Shown here: one piece after another, positions 42,451 through 53,433 of the stretch | How the letters are laid out: each line of letters starts with the position of its first letter | Position numbering within the stretch: the stretch's first letter is position 1 | Assembly (NCBI GenBank): GCA_004764695.1 | Contig: SMSO01000034.1 | Location: 310,001 to 374,000 of the forward strand | Source: Schizochytrium sp. TIO01 | Taxonomy: Eukaryota; Protista; Bigyra: Labyrinthulomycetes | DNA: 64,000 nt | Direction of reading: 5' to 3' | Notes under the pieces: model-generated | Database searches by the model: none | What the model was told of the DNA's origin: nothing | The model's input: only the letters and a program-made list of their open reading frames with translations | Program-made: the position numbers and the translations under genes

Positions 42451-44982
42451 CTAACGATAGTACTGTTCAGAGGAGTTTCCAGACTCAGATGAAGGAACCC
42501 GTCGCATCGATAAGCGCAGCCTTGGGGCTGTGGAGTGGCTTTCAGACGAAGGAGCTCGCCTCATGGATAATCTCGATGCTATGGAAAGAGTTTTGCTCAT
42601 AGAAATACGAGGTCCAACCGAAAGGCGCTGATATGCTCCTTGAGCATTTATCTTTGCACCTGTCCAAAAAGAGCGACGGCGACTTGCTTGTGCATGCCGA
42701 ATAGCTTGCTCATTAAGGTCCTGTTCTGTAATTCGAAGATCATAAAGAAGACTTCCAATTAATGATGGGATTTGAGTTTCTGGCTTGCGTTTCTCTGCAG
42801 AGCCTGCTTTAATCTCATAGGCCCCAAGATCTAGGAGTAGTGTATTTGGTTGTGGTTCATATGCTTGAACTTTACGGTCCCGCAAAGCAGACACTCCAAG
42901 GTCTTCTTGAGAAAGATGAAGTGAAGAAAATTCTCGATCACACTCCTTGTTTATCCACTTCAAAGCCCCAGCCCAAGCCGCATTTCGAGCTTTGGCTGGG
43001 TCGCAATGCACGTGGTAGTCAAGATCAAGGTGGTTTTCCCTAGCTAGAGTTGCAAGTTCAGTGTACAGACGCGATCCCAGTCCCCGGATTTTTGCGCCAC
43101 CACCAACAACTTGTATATTTGCAGCAAGTGAGCTGTGAGTGTCTTCTTCACATAACAGGATGCATTCATGAATACACTCTGCCAGTCCTACACCGCCCAT
43201 TGACCTGCTCATGAATAAAGGCTCGAATACTGATGTTCGTTCGTCCCCTTCCAAACGTACGAAGCGTCCATTTGGCAATGTGAAGTTGGCTGTCTTGCCA
43301 TCATCTGCAGTTTCCACTGACTCAACAAAGCATAAATGCTCCTTGATTTCCTGTACAAGGACCCAATCGCTTGCTGCATCAAGGAAAGCTTGGTCATCAG
43401 AATCAGCGAGAAAATCTTGTAAGTCTTCGTTTGCCTGATGACCGCCCCAAGTTATGATTCGAAAGCCCTCAGGAATAATATGACCATTAACAACCGGAGT
43501 CACCCGAAGTGATGAATGACCGAGGTCAATCACCACAGCATTTGTTCTGCCCTTTTCCAAGGCCACCATCTCAGGCATGCTTACAAGTGTGACTGAGGCC
43601 GCCTGGAAATGCTCGAGAAGAATTCGCGTCACTACAGCATCCATTCGATTTGTTAATGGTGCCTGATGAAGAACAACCATGTTGTGCTCTGTGGGGTCAA
43701 TGTTCAATTCATCGGTAAATATCCAGTCTAATAAGGTTTCCATATCTGGGATCAACATGTCTTCATCCAGTTGACGGAAAATGCTATCAAAAAGCAAAGG
43801 GTTACGCAGGTCCATCAGTGCCCTTGTGTTAGTTAGAACATCACGGAGTCCAGGTTTATACGGTGGGGTGTACCGAGAGTCAACGTTCGCCCAAATCATT
43901 CGTTGCAATGCCGTGGAGGCGTTTGCATCTCCTTGCATGAACTCTTCTCGCGGGATCCACAGCAACTTAGTAAACGCTGCCAAGCTTGCAAGAATTGAGC
44001 CTCCTACCCACGTGGACCATTGGCCGTCGGGAGTTGCGCGAACACAATGTCTTGGAAGCCACGATGTCTCCTTCAGCTCCATGTCAAGGCGATCTACAAA
44101 TCCAGGAATTCTAGATGGGGAACCCATCACATATATTTTCTGCGCGAGGTCAGTTTGGCTGAGCACAGGGCACTTGGACAACGACTCCAAAACTAGCTCT
44201 GCGAGACCTGGAACTTGAATCTCAGCAAGGCCTGGATGAAACACCAATGCACACGCTTGTTCAAGGCTGCTATTGCTTAAAAGAACCTCCTCGCTACTGC
44301 CATCAAGAAGTTCCACGACCCTTGGTGTTGGCGCAATTGCACTCAAAGCAGTGATGTCATCACCCGAGATGCGGCCGTGCTGTAACAATGCCTGGTGTGC
44401 TATCTCTAAACTCGTAACACTCTCCTGGGAAAGAAATGTTAAGTAGCTCGCTGCGTCACGAAAACCAATTTCCGCGCGAACGATACCTTCGGGAAGCGGG
44501 ATACCATCATACACAGGAAAGACCGTTGTATAGCTCTCGTCAATATGCACAGTTAAAACATCATTAGAGTTGAGCTCGTACGTGAGCATTTCAGTAGGGT
44601 AACAAGAAATCGAAGGTACCTCACGTGTCATGAACAGGGTTTGAACAAGCCTGTGTCGTTGCTCCCGAGGGGTCAGAGCGCTCAGCGAAAGTAGAACCGC
44701 ATGTTCTTGACCCAGGATATCAAGTTCTGTGTATACGTGTTCTAGGACTGCATCCATAGCCTGCCAGTCCTCCACAATCCCACGCTTCTGCACCCACTGA
44801 ATAGCTAGACCAGACTTGAGAGCTGCACTGCCTACGAGGCTATCAGCGCCATTTTTCGCTACCACGTTTGCAAAAGAAAGCCTTGGCACATCTTCGCCCG
44901 CAAATCCCGCTTGTACCTCAAAGTCGCCAAGGTGAAGCACTAGTACTGCTTTGTCGTCATCCGCAGGATCTCCTATTGTCAT
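42451..44982 (-). CDS. Actin-related protein with two actin folds (843 aa)
   Basis: Fold 1: QAGFAGEDVPR..RGIVEDW..PVYDG..TWVGGSILASL. Fold 2: DMETLLDWIF..GRTNAVVIDLG..EIKEHLCFV..FTLPNG..EPLF..VVGGGAKIRGLGSRL..AAWAGA. Confidence 0.9.
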   Translation of the reverse strand: MTIGDPADDDKAVLVLHLGDFEVQAGFAGEDVPRLSFANVVAKNGADSLVGSAALKSGLAIQWVQKRGIVEDWQAMDAVLEHVYTELDILGQEHAVLLSLSALTPREQRHRLVQTLFMTREVPSISCYPTEMLTYELNSNDVLTVHIDESYTTVFPVYDGIPLPEGIVRAEIGFRDAASYLTFLSQESVTSLEIAHQALLQHGRISGDDITALSAIAPTPRVVELLDGSSEEVLLSNSSLEQACALVFHPGLAEIQVPGLAELVLESLSKCPVLSQTDLAQKIYVMGSPSRIPGFVDRLDMELKETSWLPRHCVRATPDGQWSTWVGGSILASLAAFTKLLWIPREEFMQGDANASTALQRMIWANVDSRYTPPYKPGLRDVLTNTRALMDLRNPLLFDSIFRQLDEDMLIPDMETLLDWIFTDELNIDPTEHNMVVLHQAPLTNRMDAVVTRILLEHFQAASVTLVSMPEMVALEKGRTNAVVIDLGHSSLRVTPVVNGHIIPEGFRIITWGGHQANEDLQDFLADSDDQAFLDAASDWVLVQEIKEHLCFVESVETADDGKTANFTLPNGRFVRLEGDERTSVFEPLFMSRSMGGVGLAECIHECILLCEEDTHSSLAANIQVVGGGAKIRGLGSRLYTELATLARENHLDLDYHVHCDPAKARNAAWAGALKWINKECDREFSSLHLSQEDLGVSALRDRKVQAYEPQPNTLLLDLGAYEIKAGSAEKRKPETQIPSLIGSLLYDLRITEQDLNEQAIRHAQASRRRSFWTGAKINAQGAYQRLSVGPRISMSKTLSIASRLSMRRAPSSESHSTAPRLRLSMRRVPSSESGNSSEQYYR

Positions 44983-47417
44983 TCTGAACTAGGTTTTGCC
45001 CTTTCCTTGACACCGAAGACCACCCTCCCTGAAAGGCAACCAGGCCTGAACGCCCTGGCGCGCCTTCTTCCTCGTCAGTTGTCTCTAAGGTACGATCTTA
45101 AGCCTTTCCTCACGCCAGCTACGGGTTCGCGGCAAGCGGCCACGCGGGCCAATCCGTGTCACGAGTTCGGGCTTTGCAAGCCTCTCCAATACTTGAACGA
45201 TCATTCTACGCACAAGACGGCGTAAATTGCGTGCTAGCTACCTGAAAGTCATTTCTACCCCAAAACTAGATTAGTCTTGGTTATTCAACATTGCTGTTTT
45301 TTGGAAAGCTTAAAGCGAATGAGCACTTTGGCTTTGCCAATGCATATTGCCGTGGAGGGGGTGGCATCGCCTCCATCAGCCAGATCAATTACGCCGCGCG
45401 ACTGTCATTGGATCGTGGAAAAGCTCTTGATTTGTGCAGCAAGACCATGGATCAGCGCTGTTTAGTGTCAGGGTCTCACTACTACTGTTTTCAATAGCAG
45501 GTTTCTACAAGGTGCACGCGCTGCTTCGCGAGCCCGGAAACTCAGATGTTTGTTTGGGTGGGCTGCGAATACCTGGTGCCTGCTTGCTACATATCTGTCG
45601 GTCAAGGGCCTCGTCGGCAGCGCGGGTTGCTAGAAGCTATTTAGCAGGTCTGGTCCGCCGCCTGCAGAAACAGCCGGACCCGGACAACTCGCCATCCCTT
45701 CTTTTAGGCCTGCAGTGTTCGATTGAGTCAGACGAGTGCACACCCTGCGCGAGTGAAAACCGTGCACAATTCAACGTTGACTATGATTACCATATATTAT
45801 TTAGCTATTTATGTAAATAAAGCGACAGTCCCAGTTGCAGCCTTCTAGGGGTAGGCACAATGATTGAGTTTCGTCTTCAATCTGTATTCTTTATACAAAG
45901 CGAGTGACTGTTTTAGCTTGATTTGTACCTAAGTTTGAAGATTTTAACTCGGTTTCAGAGCGAGTGCTGTTTAAATCATGATAATACACCTAGTTAAAAA
46001 GAATTAACATATGTATATATATATGTGTGGGTAACCAAAACTTTGCATTAATAAAAAGAGTAAAAGTACTTTAATATTAATATTAAAATTAATCTAACAC
46101 AAACCAACAACCAAAAAACGTAAACTAGACAATCAACATCAATCTGTGCAAGAGGCCTGCCATGGTAAGCCCGTTGTCTCAATTCGCCTGCGTGGAGTAC
46201 AATACTCGTCGGCGCCACATGCATTTGCCAGGGTCGCTGATCTCGCTTGTGAGCAAATCTGGAATGAGCGATGCAAATCTATCCATAAATGTGGGTTTGA
46301 GGTACCTACGTAATGCAGAGGTACTGCGAGGACATCGGAAGGGACATCTTGACGATGATTGTTGATCGAATTGCGGAGGGCTCGCGAGCTTCGAATTCCT
46401 GATGTTTCAGTCACTGCTGTGGCATCGCTCGCATTGCAAACCCGCGCTCTTGGCCAACGCAAATAAATATCAACCTGCCAACCAAAGACGAGGAGCCTGG
46501 GGACAAGAAGTCCAGCTCTGTGGCACAAGCCCAGTTTTGGTATCAGAGTTGTGAACTGGCGCTCTTTCGAGCGAGCAACCGGAGAGAGGGAGCAAAGCTT
46601 TCATGGGCACGGCGCCGTACTAGCTGCGACTCTGCTCTTTCATGGAAGCGTCAATCGATCACTTTCCCTGAGAATCCCCAGGCCGTGGGTGCGTCTGCAC
46701 AGAGCTCTAGTCGCCCCTCGAATCAAGGTACAACCTGTTTGGTATAAGTCCTTCGCGAGAGGCTGGACCCAGCCCCGTGCTTCAATGATCTTCTTCATCT
46801 CCTGCTGCCTGGGCACCAGTTCTTCCCTCTGCTCGTGACCTGCTCGTCGCAGCACTATGCATTCCCTCGCTATTATTGCCTCGCGGCTTTTCAGAGTGCC
46901 AATCGGATTGATCGACCTTGCCCCGTGTCTCGCCATTGGAGACTTGGCACACGCAACTCTGAGCATCAACTTATCACGTCTCAAAGCAAAGCCGAGTCAG
47001 GCAAATCAAAGGTTTCGCCACTACGTCAAGGCGAGCTAGAGCAGAGACTTTCATAATGATTTATTCGATGCTGCTGCGACCTTAGATATTTCTTCTTCGC
47101 GAGAACATTGCTGCGTCGAAGCCAAGCCAAGCCCATCTCACCGTGCATGGACTCTGGCCGGTTTTCCCAAGAAGAACAGCCCCTTGCTTCGAAACGCAAG
47201 TATAAAATGATAGAATACTAGATTTAGTTGGTGCCTGCTGTCGTTCTTTGTACAGGTTCGCTGCACCTCGCCTTTTGCACTTGAACAGGGCTTGCTCGAG
47301 CTGAGCAGAATCAGCACCTGTCTCCGAACAAGCGTATCTTTCGTTTGCCTCACAGGGCTAGAGCATGCCATGTCTCTGCGACACTAGAATTTGAGAAAAA
47401 GAATCGCGTGCAGGGAA

Positions 47418-48616
47418 CTGCTCTGACCTAGCCAAATAGATCACAGACCATCTCATGAAAGCAAAGAGACTCGGGATCGACTTGCTATGGGTCTACTCGT
47501 TGGTATTGCAGATTTACATACTTATAATATCGTGCATTATCACATCAAACCAGAAAACATTTTCCTGACAAGCAACGGAACACCATTGCTTGGCGATTTC
47601 GACGGTATCTAAAATGCATCAAAAATGCAGGTCGAACCACTACCTACACAACTCTCCAAGCAACGCCTCGATACATTGCCCCTAAGCTGAAAAATGGGTG
47701 CACAGGAACATTTCAAACCGCCATGGATATGTACTCCGTGGGCGTTGTGTTGGAGGATTTATACCCGGAGCCAACCACTGCAATGCTAGAACTCATTAAT
47801 TCTCTCAAAGCAGAAGACCCTGGTCAGCGTCTAAGTGCTTGCGAAGCACTTCAGCATGGTGCATTTGGAGTTGATAATACATTCAAAGTATGTCTCATTT
47901 GCATGGAGGAAAAAGAGTATCGCGAAGGAACCAGTTGTGAAAAGGGGCATTTAATTTGCAAATATTGTGCAGCAAGTTCGGTAGGGAAAGCTACAGAACC
48001 TCAAGCCCATGTACTTGTAGATGCCGAAGGAACGATGGCGTGCATGAAGCCTGGATGTGATGGTAGAATTCCGAGTCGAGATATTACTCGCCTTGCGCCA
48101 GATGCTGTAAATCACCTACTCCTCATCGCACGGATAAAGGTAGAAAGCGAGGCAGCAATTCGGGCCGAGCAAGAAGTTCAAAGACGTATCGCGGAGTTTC
48201 TTGGAGCAGAGGGCTCGACGCGTGACACAGTGCTCCATCTACGGTACATTCAAGACAACATTTTGAATGTGTGCTGTCCGAGTTACAACACTTGCTTCGA
48301 TCAGTTCGATGGCTGCTGTGCTGTAAAATGTGGGAACGATGCGTGTGGCCATCATTTTTGTGCTTGGTGTCTTGAATTCAGTTCACACGATAGTAATGCT
48401 TGCCATAATCATGTGAGAACCTGTCCTTAAAAAATTAGACAAGATGCATTCTTGGCTGGCTCATTTGAGCAAGTTCGCGAGGCTTGGCGGCTTATACGTG
48501 CTGAACGTCTACGCATGTACTGGAGCCAGGATAAAGCCCTTCAGAATGCTTTGGTAGTACAACTCGCGCCTCTGCTGACACCAGATATTGTCGGTTCAGA
48601 CTTAAAACTAGAATAA
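47418..48616 (+). pseudogene. Protein kinase-RING/RBR E3 ligase fusion, disrupted
   Basis: DLAK*ITDH; LHTYNIVHYHIKPENIFL..LLGDFDGI* (TAA 47610); a frameshift; ATPRYIAPK; DMYSVGVVL; then RING1 CLIC..CEKGHLICKYC..CMKPGC and RING2 FDGCCAVKC..CGHHFCAWC. After a premature TAA at 48428 the frame stays open to 48616. The 5' end is uncertain. Confidence 0.78.
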
Positions 48617-49389
48617 ATAAGAGTAGATATGTTTGAGTAACAAATGCAATTTTTAGAACACGCACGAATTACCATTTTCTTCTTGCTTTACTTTCTTGTG
48701 GACTGTCCTGGGAGCCTCCATAGTGCTTAAAAGGGTTGTACAAGAAGTAGCGAACCCATCTTCAATCCAGTCATTAACTAATCACATTAATTTGTCCGAG
48801 GCCATGCTCACGATGATAAAATGTGCCTTTTATTTCTCATGTATCGAAATCAGGATTGTGTGAAGCCAGTAGTGAACAGATAATTTGCTCGACATTTTGT
48901 CAAACTCGTCTCTTCTTTTTTAATGTTAAAATTTAAAAAAAGAAAAGGAAAAAGTTCATGAAATCAATTTACAGAAGGCGCCATAAAACAGCTTTCGAGC
49001 ACAAACATAAAACACTAGGTCAAATGAAGCATCCCGAAGTAGGTTTGCTACTTTTCGAGTGCATATGTATTACTCTATCTGCCAAGCTTGTATCTAGACA
49101 GCTATTATGAGCTCTGATACGTGTCTTTTTTCAATTATATTAAATAAAATAAATGAAATATATATAGGCCTACATATTTCTAACTTTCTTTCTTTGGCAT
49201 GTTTTAGTAGGTACCTCTCGGCAGTAGCTTTCTACAAGCAATTCACTTCTCTTGAGAGTGACGTTGGGACGGATCCAAACCAATTAACGTTGGTCAGAGC
49301 CACGTCAATTTGCCGCTCGAGACTTTGATCTTGTAGACTGAGACGAACCTTTGTGCTTGGTCAGTGGCCTGCTGCCTTAACGTTTCGCA

Positions 49390-50496
49390 ATGAGCAGCGG
49401 CGGCCAGGACAAGAACGACAAAGGCCTGGTGCTGGTCTCTGGTGCCAGTGGCTATGTTGCGAGCCATGTCGTGCGCGAGTTTTTGGACAACGGGTACCGA
49501 GTTCGTGGAACTGTGCGAGATCTTGCCTCCAAGGCATCCCACCTGGAATCGTGGGCTTCTGAAGGCGATCCTCTTGAGCTCGTCCAAGCTGATCTTACTG
49601 ACCCCGATTCGTGGAATCGTGCATGCGAAGGCTGCGATTTCGTGGCACACGTTGCGAGCCCTTTTTTTGTGGGATGCAGCGATGCGGACGCTGAGGAGAA
49701 ACTTTATATTCCAGCTCGAACGGGCACGTTGAATGTACTCAAGGCTGCCAAGCACGCCAAGTCTGTGAAACGCGTAGTGCTCACAAGCTCCATGGCAGCC
49801 ATCGGCGGAGGCCACTCCAATGAAGAGCTAGAAAGTGACCCTGAAATCCTCTGGACAGATGAAAACTCTGCGGACCCATATTCCAAGTCCAAGACCATGG
49901 CTGAGAAAGCCGCTTGGGAATTTGTACGCGAGCATCCTTCAGCTTTCGAGCTCGCGGTGGTCAACCCCACACTCGTGGTTGGGCCGCCACTCTCGCCAGG
50001 CGATGCAACCAGCCATGAAATTGTTCGAAGATTAGTCATGCGTCAGATGCCTGGCGTTCCAGACCTCGAGTACACTCTTGTAGACGTCCGCGATGTCGCA
50101 CGAGCTCATCGTCTAGCTATCGAGGTTCCTGAAGCAGCCAATCAACGTTATGCTTTGGTCGGAGGTCTCATCAATTTCTTGGACTGGGCCAAGATCTTGC
50201 ACGACGACCTTAAGCCGCTGGGATATAACCCTCCAACACGAAAACTACCATATGTCTTACTATGGCTAGTCTCGTGGTTTGATGCTGGTGTCAGAACCAT
50301 TTTGCCAAGCGTTGGTAAACCTGCAGCAAGGACAAATTGTGAGAAAGTTGAGCAGCAGCTGGGACTACAGTTTCGTGACCTTAAGAGCACGCTTATCGAT
50401 CATGCTCACGCCTGCATTAGCCAAGGAACTCCTGGATTTAAAATGACTGCCGCCTTTAAAGCTGCCGAGGCCAAGTCAACATCTCATGATCAGTAA
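49390..50496 (+). CDS. NAD(P)-dependent epimerase/dehydratase-family (extended SDR) aldehyde/dihydroflavonol reductase-like protein
   Basis: VLVSGASGYVA Rossmann motif, HVASPF, VLTSSMAA, catalytic YSKSK, VNPTLVVGP. Confidence 0.93.
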   Translation: MSSGGQDKNDKGLVLVSGASGYVASHVVREFLDNGYRVRGTVRDLASKASHLESWASEGDPLELVQADLTDPDSWNRACEGCDFVAHVASPFFVGCSDADAEEKLYIPARTGTLNVLKAAKHAKSVKRVVLTSSMAAIGGGHSNEELESDPEILWTDENSADPYSKSKTMAEKAAWEFVREHPSAFELAVVNPTLVVGPPLSPGDATSHEIVRRLVMRQMPGVPDLEYTLVDVRDVARAHRLAIEVPEAANQRYALVGGLINFLDWAKILHDDLKPLGYNPPTRKLPYVLLWLVSWFDAGVRTILPSVGKPAARTNCEKVEQQLGLQFRDLKSTLIDHAHACISQGTPGFKMTAAFKAAEAKSTSHDQ

Positions 50497-53433
50497 ACAT
50501 TGTGTTGCTTTAATACGTGTTTATGTCTCCATCATAGGCTAGTCTACATTTCACTGAGGGGGAATGCCGACTCACAAGATGTCAGCTTGCACACAAAAGT
50601 TACTGTTGTTGACGCATTGAACACTATAGCGTCTCTCGTCGCCATTCTGTATACTCCCTTCGATTTTCGTCGGAACTTTGCTATTTTCATGTATTGCGTT
50701 GCAAAATAAACTGCTTCTGATTTCTACTTGTCCTGGAAATTTACTAACTTTCTCCTGTCACCAAGCGAGGATCAATCCCTTTAACTTAACTTCCTTTTAA
50801 ACTTGGAATATCGATTTTCATTTTCGAGTCTTTTAAAATCAAACAAAACGACTACTAATTAAGAAAGAAAAACTGTTTTGATCCAATTCAATGAGCGAAA
50901 AATCTTCGCTTATCGAGTATCTAGATTTTTACACAACCATCTTCCGGGACTTACACTGAGAAGTTCTGCATGGGCTTTGTAAAGAACGGATGCCAACATT
51001 AAAAACACGTGTTCATCCTGATAGGCTACAATGAAACAGAAAAATTCGATATAATGATGGGGCCTACTTTGCTGCGAATAGTCGCAGTGAGAGCAAATCA
51101 TTTGCCAATCTCGTCTTGCTCAAAGCGAAGGCATCAACATACAATCTGCAGGATGCAACGAAGTACCCACTTGGCTTGGTGGTCACAAGTGACGCTTATG
51201 TAGCACGCGGCGCCGAGGCTCTCGGGACTTGCCTCAAATGCGGTCTCCCGAGCATTCATAGATAAGATCACTACCATATTGTCATTTCGTTGCTATCATT
51301 GCAGTTCCAGCTAAAGTCTTCCGCAGTTCTCATTTTAGAGCTGAGGCACACTCTGTTCTTTTGGCCTTCCTGGAAACCAGAAGCACAGCCTAAAGTAATA
51401 GGTAACTAGGTCTTACTATGATACCCAAACTTTAAGTTGGGGATTGAAGAATCTCTTCATTAAAGTGTCTCGGCTTGGACTTTTGTTTTCCGAGAAGCTC
51501 TTGATGCTTTTAATGTTTTCAATGTAAACAAAGCAATCATCGTAAAGTGGTCATACCTAGGTGGGTTTCAATTGTTCTCATTTCTTCTGCTGTCGATAAC
51601 AAACAAAGCACACCGACGAATCATCGTTATAGATTCTAAATATTCCATTGATTTCATTTAATTTAAAAAAGTAGGAGAAAATAGCAATTTACAATAAAAC
51701 AACAAAGCTACTTTACGAGTAGATTAAAAATCATGAACCAACTAGATTTGATGCTCAAACCCAATGATCTAGATTACTTATGAAGCTAATGTTGAAATAC
51801 GGACTATGCAAAGCCCGCCAGAGAACTGAAGGTACTGCGCTTTTTCAAAGCACGCTTTGTCAAAGCACTGCAAAGAAGGTGCTCAATATGCGTGATGCTT
51901 TTGAAGCTTTCTGAGTCTCGTGCCACCGCTGCTCACTTCTATGGATAATTAATTAATAACTTAATTAAAGAATATCGCAACTATTTTTTAATATTAAAAC
52001 TTTTAATAAGCACTATGAATAAGCGTACAGTATTCCTTTTGTTTGTATTGTGTTAGCGGTAAGTGAGAAAGCACATCCACTTAGAGAAGATTGCAAAGAA
52101 TCGTGGATTGTGTTGCAACTCCGGCGCGGAGAATGCTCTGCAAGGTCAGCTACAGTGGTACACGATGCAGGCATTGATCATCTGGCCGAGGATCTTGAAC
52201 TACAGCTGTGGCTCCACAATTCTGATATATCATTTTCGATGGGTGATGCAAGGAATGTGGTGATTCTGCAAATGGAGATGCAGAAAAGAAGAGAACCGGA
52301 ACAACTTTGACAAGAACCTGAAGCGGAGTCAGGTCAAAAGCTTTCTTAAGGGAAAGAGGGCGCAACAATGCATATATTTATGGATCCACAGCGAGTTCAC
52401 CTTGTGCCAGTCTTATCAACAACGACATCTTGAACCTAAGGCATGGCGAATCAAATTTGAAGAACTTGTCCAGAATACTTGAACAAGAGCTTGCTTCTCA
52501 ACCGCAGTGGCATTGTACAATGCAGTTTTTCACGTCAAAGGGCGAAGTCTACAGCATATAGTTCTTTTCTCCGCACAAGAGATATGTGCAATGGATTGAA
52601 GACACGTAGAACGCTGTGAGGTTTGGAAACCTTACGAAGTCATCAAAACGTAAGGGATCTCGAGCTCTTCCCTCAACGACTCTGGCACGTACTTTTAGTG
52701 TTACCTACTGCAGCTGTAAGTGGAAGCCTCGGAATATGCAGTTCCTGCTGCGAAGCTTTCTTCGTTGAGCAAAGTCTCCTTCGAAGCCGCTCGCATGAAA
52801 GCAGATCGTTATTTGTAAGAGCAATCCAGATACCCTACGCCTCGTCTGGTTGCAATTATTGTTTGGTGCAAGTCCAAGTGCGTATATTTCTGGAGTAAAC
52901 TAAACACAACTCAACTAAAAAACAAGTAAAACCGACTAAAAGTAACTCGACAAAAGAAAAAAGAAGAAACAAAAATAAAAGAAAAGCCTTAGGATAGAGT
53001 TAATTAAATAAGCAAGCGCCTCGACTCTCAGACTCACACAACATACAAGAGCAAGGCCTGGCGCTTCAGCATTAAGCTTCTTTCTGTGCAACGTGCCTGG
53101 AGAGGGGCTTTAAAAAGCGAACAACGCGAACTCGTCGTCCACCAATCCTCTATCGCTGGACTGATCGACTCAATGGACTACGTCTCCAAGTCGTATCTAG
53201 GAGTCTCACGAAATCTTCACAAGGGCAGTATCCCATTCTCTACAGTGGGGTATCGGTTGCGCCTAAAGTAGACTATTTGGGCACGTAAATAGGATATTCG
53301 AAGTACAGTAGAGTATTCCAACTCTGGGAACAAGAGGAAAAAGCGAAGAAGAAGGAAAGAAAGAAAGGGAAAGAGATTTTTAAAAAGATTTTTTTATTTT
53401 ATTTTTTTCTGGGAAGCAGGGAGTAGATTGCGA

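Noticed and set aside
46139-47400. Possible 5' part of the kinase-RBR gene or a separate relic
   Set aside because: GC content is coding-like, but no consistent frame or motif could be assigned by eye.
52050-52900. Short ORFs upstream of the CCaMK-like gene
   Set aside because: They are fragmentary with no recognisable domain.
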